Part shown: positions 56,774 to 64,000 of the stretch, in pieces
How positions within the stretch are numbered: the stretch's first letter is position 1
Layout of the letters: the number at the start of each line of letters is the position of its first letter
NCBI GenBank assembly: GCA_002269645.1
Contig: NIVC01000382.1
Location: forward strand, 248,001-312,000
Direction: 5' to 3'
Source: Macrostomum lignano
Lineage: Eukaryota
DNA: 64,000 nucleotides
Program-made: the position numbers and the translations under genes
Notes under the pieces: generated by a model
Seen by the model: the letters and a program-made list of their open reading frames with translations, nothing else
Databases searched by the model: none
What the model was told of the DNA's origin: nothing

Positions 56774-58776
56774 TCAAAGCTGAACAGGGTAAACAATTTT
56801 CTCCCGGCCAGCAATGCTCGGCGATTGCTGCTCCTGCTGCGGCGGCAAAGTCATCTGAGTGGCCTGCAAACTTGTTGAATAGAATCGCATCGGACTGGAC
56901 TGTTGATGCTGCTGATGCTGTAGCAGCTGCTGATAATAGTTCTGATGATGCTGGTAGACTTGATGATGCAGCTGAGTAGCGATTGGATGCTGACAGCTGC
57001 GCGCACTTTTGGCGCTCCTTGAGCTGCTCGGCGTCAGGCAGGCGACTCCGTGAGGCGAGTTGAAACCGCCAGTGTGGCTGGCTGGGTGCGGATGCTGCTG
57101 CATCAGCAGCTGATGCTGGTAGTAAGCCAACGGCTGTTGCTGTTGCTGCTTCGGCGATTGCTGCTGCTGCTGCTGCTGTTGAAAGCAGACACTCGAAGAC
57201 AGTGAGGAACCATTGCCAGTGCTCTGCTGATACGGTCGACGAATGGTTGCTGGACTGTGCAAAAGCAGAAGATTTGTAACTAGTTCCTGATGCTCCTGTT
57301 GCTGCTGCTGCTGATGCTGCTGATGTCGGTAGATCGACGTCGGAGTCGATGACGAGGTGCTGGACGAGCGACATCGGCAGGCCGCCGCGAACTGGCCGGT
57401 GAGGCAGCGGTAGCAGCAGCAGGCGAGCCCAAGCAGGCAGGCCATCCCCAGTGCTACCGCCGCCACGCCGATGGCAACGGAGGCCGCCAGGCCGAAGCTG
57501 GCGAGCAGGCGGGACACCAGGCCGCTGCCCTGCCCGACGCCCGCGGAGTCCCCGATGCTGGGATCGTATTGGCCTGGCATGCTGGTGCCTGCAGGACAGG
57601 CAAGGAAGTTGGTTTGGAAGCAATTTTATCCTTATTTTATGCGATATGCGTCAATGTGTCATATTCTGAGATTGTATTTCCTCATATCATCCCAAGTTTC
57701 TCAAATTCCGAATCTTCAAATCCTTAAATCCTTAAATCCCGAATCCTTAAGTTCCAAAACCTCAAATCTCAACAATCCGAAATCCTTAAATCCCCTATTC
57801 TAAAAGTCTAAATTCTCATATTCGAAAGCCTCAAATTCCGAATCCTCAAATCCCCAAATCCGAATCCTCAAATCCCCAAATCTGAATCCTCAAATCCCCA
57901 ATTCCGAATCTTCAAATCCCCAATTCCTAATCCTCAAATCCCCAATTCCGAATCTTCAAATCCCCAATTCCAAATCCTCAAATCCCCAATTCCGAATCCT
58001 CAAATCCCCAAATCCGAATCCTCAAATCCCCAATTTCCGAATCCTCAAATCCCCAATTTCCGAATCCTCAAATCCCCTATTTCCGAATCCTCAAATCCCC
58101 AATTTACGAATCCTCAAATCCCCAACTTCCAAATCCTCAAATCCCCAGTTTCCGAATCCTCAAATCCCCAATTCCAAATCCTCAAATCCCCAATTCCGAA
58201 TCTTCAAATCCCCAATTCCGAATCCTCAAATCCCCAATTTCCGAATCCTTAAATCTCAAATTTCGATTCCTCAAATCCTCATATTCCAAATCCTCAAATT
58301 CCAAATCCTCAAATTCAAATCCCTAATACAGATAATCTCCATCCTTAATCCCCATCCTGACCGTCTCTCTGCCCCAGTAGCAGGCAGAGCTCTGATCTCT
58401 CGTCGGCCCCGTTAGGGCAGTGCACCACGCCGTCGCACAGAGCCTCCTTTGGCAGGCACCAGCTGACCATCAAAGATGGAGTCGCCGCGTCGATTTGTCG
58501 ACGCTGACGGTGACTCTTCGACGAGGACGCCTCGTCGCCGCCGTTGCCACTTCCGATGTTCATCGGTTTTGCTGGTAGAAATCGGCACAGTCTGAGTATC
58601 GATTCCTGATCACTAGCAGACGACTTCGAGTTTCGAACTGAGCCTGACTGCTCCAGCTTGGCGGCCGGGGGCAGACCGGACCGCGGCGCTGAGGCTCCGT
58701 GACCGCCGCGACTGTCAGACGGAAACCGGCGCTGGGATCCTCCAGCATGGCTGGGGTCAGCTTGTCCGGCTTCGAC
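56774..58776 (-). CDS. Host CUB/LDLa-transmembrane protein, 3' exons (58362-58776 and 56774-57588)
   Basis: CUB-end-like DPSAGFRLTVAAV; LDLa-like CLPKEALCDGVVHCPNGADERSELC; TM SFGLAASVAIGVAAVALGMACLLGLACCC; Gln-rich tail. One 1-nt frameshift in a T4 run (58567-58570). A possible upstream exon near 59940-60068 reads GPEAGFKLRL. Confidence 0.75.
57715..58325. repeat. 22-23-bp minisatellite (intronic)
   Basis: ccgaatcctcaaatccccaatt units. Confidence 0.95.
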
Positions 58777-58911
58777 CTGTGTTTTGAGGTGTTTGGGATA
58801 TGGGATATTTTGGGATTGCTATGCATGGGATTTTAGACTGTAGGGATCTGGGATTTTATTGTAGATAGTAGGGATCTAGGATCTGGGATTTTAGATAGTA
58901 GGGATATGGGA

Positions 58912-59271
58912 GGGGGCCGTAGCCCAGCGGTAGCGCAGCTGCTCTGGTGTGCCAGCGACCCAGGCTCGATTCCAAGTGCAGTCACATTAATTTGGGGCTG
59001 AATTGGAATCTCGGCTTGGCTCTGCTCGTGCAATTAGCGGCCTTGAGAGCCAACCCCCCAAGGCGCAGTGAAGTGTACATGCCTAACGATAATATAAAGT
59101 TAGGGCCGCTGTACACTCCTGTGTGAGTGTGTGCCTGTGTACGTATCCGCGCGCTTGTATGCCTGCTCAGGGGAGTCGGCGGAATGGGCAGCAATGCCTC
59201 TCGCCGGTTGTGTGCCTATGTCGCTTAAAGTGCGCCAGGGTGCACACAACCCCCCTGCCTCTAATAAAAAA
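58912..59271 (+). mobile_element. tRNA-headed SINE inserted in a gggatctgggatttt satellite
   Basis: A box TAGCCCAGCGGTAG, B box GGCTCGATTCC, A-rich tail, ~11-bp TSD gggatatggga. Confidence 0.75.
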
Positions 59272-60189
59272 GGGATATGGGATCTGGGATTTTAGATAGT
59301 AGGGATCTGGGATTTTAGATGGTGGGGATATGGGATCTGGGATCTTTTAGATAGTGGGGATCTGGGATTTTAGATGGTTAAGATGGTTAGGGATATGGGA
59401 TCTGGGATCTTTTAGATAGAAGGGATCTGGGATTTTAGATAGTAGGAATATAGGATCTGGGATCTTTTAGATAGTAGGGACATGGGATTTTAGATGGTTG
59501 GGGATATGGGATCTGGGATCTTTTAAATAGAAGGGATCTGGGTTTTAGGCTCCGAAATTCGAAGATCTCGGTGTTTAGGGAATTTGTTTTTTAGGCATCG
59601 ATTATATTGGTAGAGACTTTGAGAAATTAGCTTTAATCGTAAATATTTTTAGCATCTGGTGATATCTACTATACTTTAATGTTTGTTCAAAAATGCATGC
59701 GATGCTACTTATAGTAGAAAATCATTACGTATTGCAAAAACTGAACAGAAACTTATTATAGCAGAAATTGAGAAAAATAATAACAAATTTATTTATATTC
59801 CAGTAATAATTGCCAACATTCGACTAAATGTTGACACCAATGAGAAGTTCGGGGACTATATTCTAGACTATAAAGTAATATTTAATGCCGACACATCCCA
59901 TCTCATAAGTGTGTGAATGCATTAGAACTGCGTGTGAGCCGAATTAAGTAAGGGCCCAACAACTTGTGCAGATGCTTGCGGTGGCACAGATATGACAGCA
60001 TTGATGCGGCTGATGCGATCTGCCAAAGTCTCAATTTGAAGCCGGCTTCGGGGCCTTGACGAGTTGTCTGAATTGCTTATAAGCCTGGCTTTTCTCCTCT
60101 CCCATTGGATTGCGGATGGGGCTGGCTCAGAGTCTGCTTCCTAGCCTGCTTCTGTCGCTCCGATTCGCCCTCTCACTCTCCAGCAGCTT

Positions 60190-61160
60190 CTATCGACCCT
60201 TCTGTCCCTCTCCACCTCTCCCTCTGCGTCTCCGTCCACCTCTCCCTCTCCGTCTTCCTCTTCCTCTCCCTCTGCGTCTCTATCTCCGTCTCCATCTCCC
60301 TCTCCCTCTGCGTCTCCGTCTTCCTCTCCCTCTGCGTCTCCGTCTTCCTCTCCCTCTGCGTCTCCGTCTTCCTCTCCCTCTGCGTCTCCGTCTTCCTCTC
60401 CCTCTGCGTCTCCGTCTTCCTCTCCCTCTGCGTCTCCGTCTTCCTCTCCCTCTGCGTCTCCGTCTTCCTCTCCCTCTGCGTCTCCGTCTTCCTCTCCCTC
60501 TGCGTCTCCGTCTTCCTCTCCCTCTGCGTCTCCGTCTTCCTCTGCGTCTTCGTCTCCCTCTCCCTCTCCCTCTCCCTCTCCATCTCCCTCTCCCTCTGCG
60601 TCTCCGTCTTCCTCTCCCTCTGCGTCTCCCTCTCTCCGCGTCTCCCTCTCCCTCTGCGTCTCCGTCTTCCTCTGCGTCTTCGTCTCCCTCTCCCTCTCCC
60701 TCTCCCTCTCCATCTCCCTCTCCCTCTGCGTCTCCGTCTTCCTCTCCCTCTGCGTCTCCGTCTTCCTCTCCCTCTGCGTCTCCGTCTTCCTCTCCCTCTG
60801 CGTCTCCGTCTTCCTCTCCCTCTGCGTCTCCGTCTTCCTCTCCCTCTGCGTCTCCGTCTTCCTCTCCCTCTGCGTCTCCGTCTTCCTCTCCCTCTGCGTC
60901 TCCGTCTTCCTCTCCCTCTGCGTCTCCCTCTCCCTCTGCGTCTCCCTCTCTCCGCGTCTCCCTCTCCCTCTGCGTCTCCCTCTCTCCGCGTCTCCCTCTC
61001 CCTCTGCGTCTCCCTCTCTCCGCGTCTCCCTCTCCCTCTGCGTCTCCCTCTCTCCGCGTCTCCCTCTCCCTCTGCGTCTCCGTCTTCCTCTGCGTCTTCG
61101 TCTCCCTCTCCCTCTCCCTCTCCCTCTGGGTCTACGTCTCCGTCTCCCTCTCTATTTCCG
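60190..61160. repeat. 24-bp CT-rich minisatellite
   Basis: ctctccctctgcgtctccgtcttc units. Confidence 0.97.
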
Positions 61161-61729
61161 TCTCCACCGGCCTAGGAGACCCACCCAAGAGACGGGCGCC
61201 CAACCAAGAGGACCCCCTTTAAGACTGTGGCCTTGTCTAATTTAAATTCGCAGAATTGTCTAAAATTTCCCAAAAATTATCTGGATTTAGGGCGATTACG
61301 GTAAGACTTGCTACTCCAGCTCCTGGTTCTAGCTAGGAGTCGTTGGTCCATACCTTGGCCGCCCACAGCTGGTTCCAACTTGTGACAAGGAAGGCTCTAT
61401 GCCACACCGTCTCCCTGCCGCTGGCTTGCTTGGCCTCTCTTTCAGTTGCCTTGTTGTTCTTTCGCCAATACTGACCCTCAGATTCTGACTGTGCAAATTC
61501 TTCGAAAGTGGGAAGAGTTTATGGGAAGATTAATAACATCTTGCGGAACCGTTTTCACTGCGGAACCTTTTGCACGAGGCGAATTGACTTTAAACTGTTT
61601 ATAAAGTATTACTTATACTATTCGCGGGAAATGCGTTTCAAATAAAATAAACGCACTAATTCTTTAAGAAAATACTAGAATTTTTGCTGTACTAGATTTT
61701 TTCAACAAACTTTTTTTCAAATCTAACTT

Positions 61730-63100
61730 AGATGATCTCACACCAAGCTAGATGGTCCCACACCAAGCTAGATGGTCCCACACCAAGCTAGATGGTCCCA
61801 TACCCATGTTGATGATCCCACACCAAGCTAGATGATCCCAAACCAAGCTAGATGATCCGGAACCAAGCTAGATGATCCCACACCAAGCTAGATGATCCCA
61901 AACCAAGCTAGATGATCCCACACCAAGCTAGATGATCCCAAACCAAGCTAGATGATCCCACACCAAGCTAAATGATCCGGAACCAAGCTAGATGATCCCA
62001 CACCAAGCTAAATGATCCGGAACCAAGCTAGATGATCCCACACCAAGCTAAATGATCCGGAACCAAGCTAGATGATCCCACACCAAGCTAGCTCGTAGAT
62101 GATCCCACACCAAGCTAGATGATCCGGAACCAAGCTAAATGATCCGGAACCAAGATAGATGATCCTAAACCAAGCTAGATGATCCCAAACCAAGCTAGAT
62201 GATCCCACACCCATGTAGATGATCCCACACCAAGCTAGATGATCCCAAACCAAGCTAAATGATCCGGAACCAAGCTAGATGATCCCACACCAAGCTAAAT
62301 GATCCGGAACCAAGCTAGATGATCCCACACCAAGCTAGCTCGTAGATGATCCCACACCAAGCTAGATGATCCCAAACCAAGCTAGATGATCCCAAACCAA
62401 GCTAGATGATCCCACACCAAGCTAGCTCGTAGATGATCCCACACCAAGCTAGATGATCCCAAACCAAGCTAGATGATCCCAAACCAAGCTAGATGATCCC
62501 ACACCCATGTAGATGATCCCACACCAAGCTAGATGATCCCAAACCAAGCTAGATGATCCCGCACCAAGCTAGATGATCCCAAACCAAGCTAGATGATCCC
62601 AAACCAAGCTAGATGATATCAGACACCAAGCTAGATGATCCCGCATCAAGCTAGATGATCCCACACCAAGCTTGATGATCCCAAACCAAGCTAGATGATC
62701 CCACACCAAGCTAGATGATCCCACACCAATGTAGATGATCCCACACCCATGTAGATGGTCCCGCACCAAGCTAGATGATCCCACACCCATGTAGATGATC
62801 CCACACCAAACTAGATCATCCCACACCAAGCTAGATGATCCCACACCAAGCTAGATGATCCCACACCCATGTAGATGATCCCACACCAAACTAGATCATC
62901 CCACACCAAGCTAGATGATCCCACACCCATGTAGATGATCCCACACCAAGCTAGCTCGTAAATGATCCCACAACAAGCTAGATGGTCCCACACCAAGCTA
63001 GACGATCCCACACCCATGCAGATGATCCACACCAAGCTATATGATCCCACACCCATTTAGATGATCCCAAACCCATCCAGATGATCCCACACCCAGCTAG
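61730..63100. repeat. 20-bp minisatellite
   Basis: gatgatcccacaccaagcta units with variants. Confidence 0.97.
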
Positions 63101-64000
63101 ATAATCGCACAGTTGAGAAAACTACCGCGAAAAATTCCAGATCAGTTCTTACTGATCTTATTCTCATAATCTGACTGATTCAAAGCATCCCCATTAAATC
63201 TTACAGAGTATTCCCATGTAAAATCTATTTTTTTTTTACACTATACAGCAAGAGAACTCCATAAAAGTAGCTGACATAAAAATCGATAACCATACAGATT
63301 AGCAAGGTAACTGCTGTTGTCTGTACATGCCAGGCACAACAATTAATGACAGACTGACTGCTATTGTGCGCATAGATCTCGTAGCTTCTTGTTGAGTGCT
63401 TTTAGAAGAGACAGAGAATGTTGGGGATTTTTTAAAAAGCGAGAGAAAAGAGAGGGAACTAGGAGAGCGGGAAACGAAGGAGGCGCTGGACGTCATCTGG
63501 CATGTCGCCACGCCCTAACACGGGGCTATGCTGTACACACGGCTTCTCTGGTTATTACGTAACAGCACCAGTAGTAACTCTCATGTTTACTTCGCTACAT
63601 GTAGCCTATCCCTGTATCCATCTCTACCCCCCAATGCCAATTTTGCGCCTTCAATGTTTAGTTTGTAGTATAGGCATTAGGGTATAGATTTATTGCATGT
63701 GTGACGGCATGAAGTATTAAGGATTTTAATAACTAGGGATTATGGATAATGTTAGCCTAGTCTATCACCCCTGAAGGCTTTTTGTCGTCGTTGTTTTTTA
63801 TTATTATGCATTTTAGAAATCCGCCCGCAGATTAGGGTAGTGGGACTTAGCCTCAGTAGATTACTAACGCAGATCTCTGTACGTTCGTATGCATGAGAAA
63901 CAGGATACTCCCCGAGTGTCTTCTCGGGCTGGTGAGTGCGACATCGACTGGTGGCTTTGAGGGATTAGACTGATCGCCTTGATGTGCAGGGCTGAGGGAC

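Noticed and set aside
56604-57623. 339-aa Ala-rich ORF
   Set aside because: Alternative frame over the CAG-rich exon; the 56774-57588 frame has the TM segment and the matching splice phase.
60105-61222. Long ORFs on both strands
   Set aside because: Translations of a 24-bp CT-rich minisatellite.
61730-63100. CRISPR-like array (also considered for 15790-16110 and 53090-53600)
   Set aside because: Units are contiguous with no unique spacers, there are no cas genes and the context is eukaryotic.

Overview
Animal (invertebrate-like) genomic DNA with spliceosomal introns, SINEs and satellites. Bases 1-44.5 kb are a nest of mobile elements; bases 45.6-64 kb hold host genes and tandem repeats. The main feature is a fully bounded 10,370-bp Maverick/Polinton-like element (20191-30560) with ~600-bp TIRs and a 6-bp TSD (TCTGTA), inserted in the FGLCNAP motif of a Gypsy RT. 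Its 13 co-oriented ORFs include integrase, major and minor capsid proteins, adenain-like protease, packaging ATPase, a Fic enzyme, a TBP-like protein and a probable PC4-like protein. It has NO DNA polymerase. An exact TATAAATA motif precedes six of its genes. A related Maverick end (31/32 nt identical terminus) interrupts the same Gypsy's gag at 18850, and a frameshifted pPolB plus another TBP-like gene lie to its left. Two further Maverick relics occur at 12.9-14.1 kb and 40.5-44.5 kb; the latter carries a third TBP-like gene, a PC4-like pseudogene and a DEDD-like pseudogene. A second Gypsy (minus strand) carries a cold-shock domain and a coiled coil between Gag and protease. Host genes are a tandem pair of 6-exon type-I membrane protein genes and a CUB/LDLa-TM gene. 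Many frameshifts are single-base indels in homopolymers and may be assembly errors. All family assignments come from motif recognition by eye; no searches were run.
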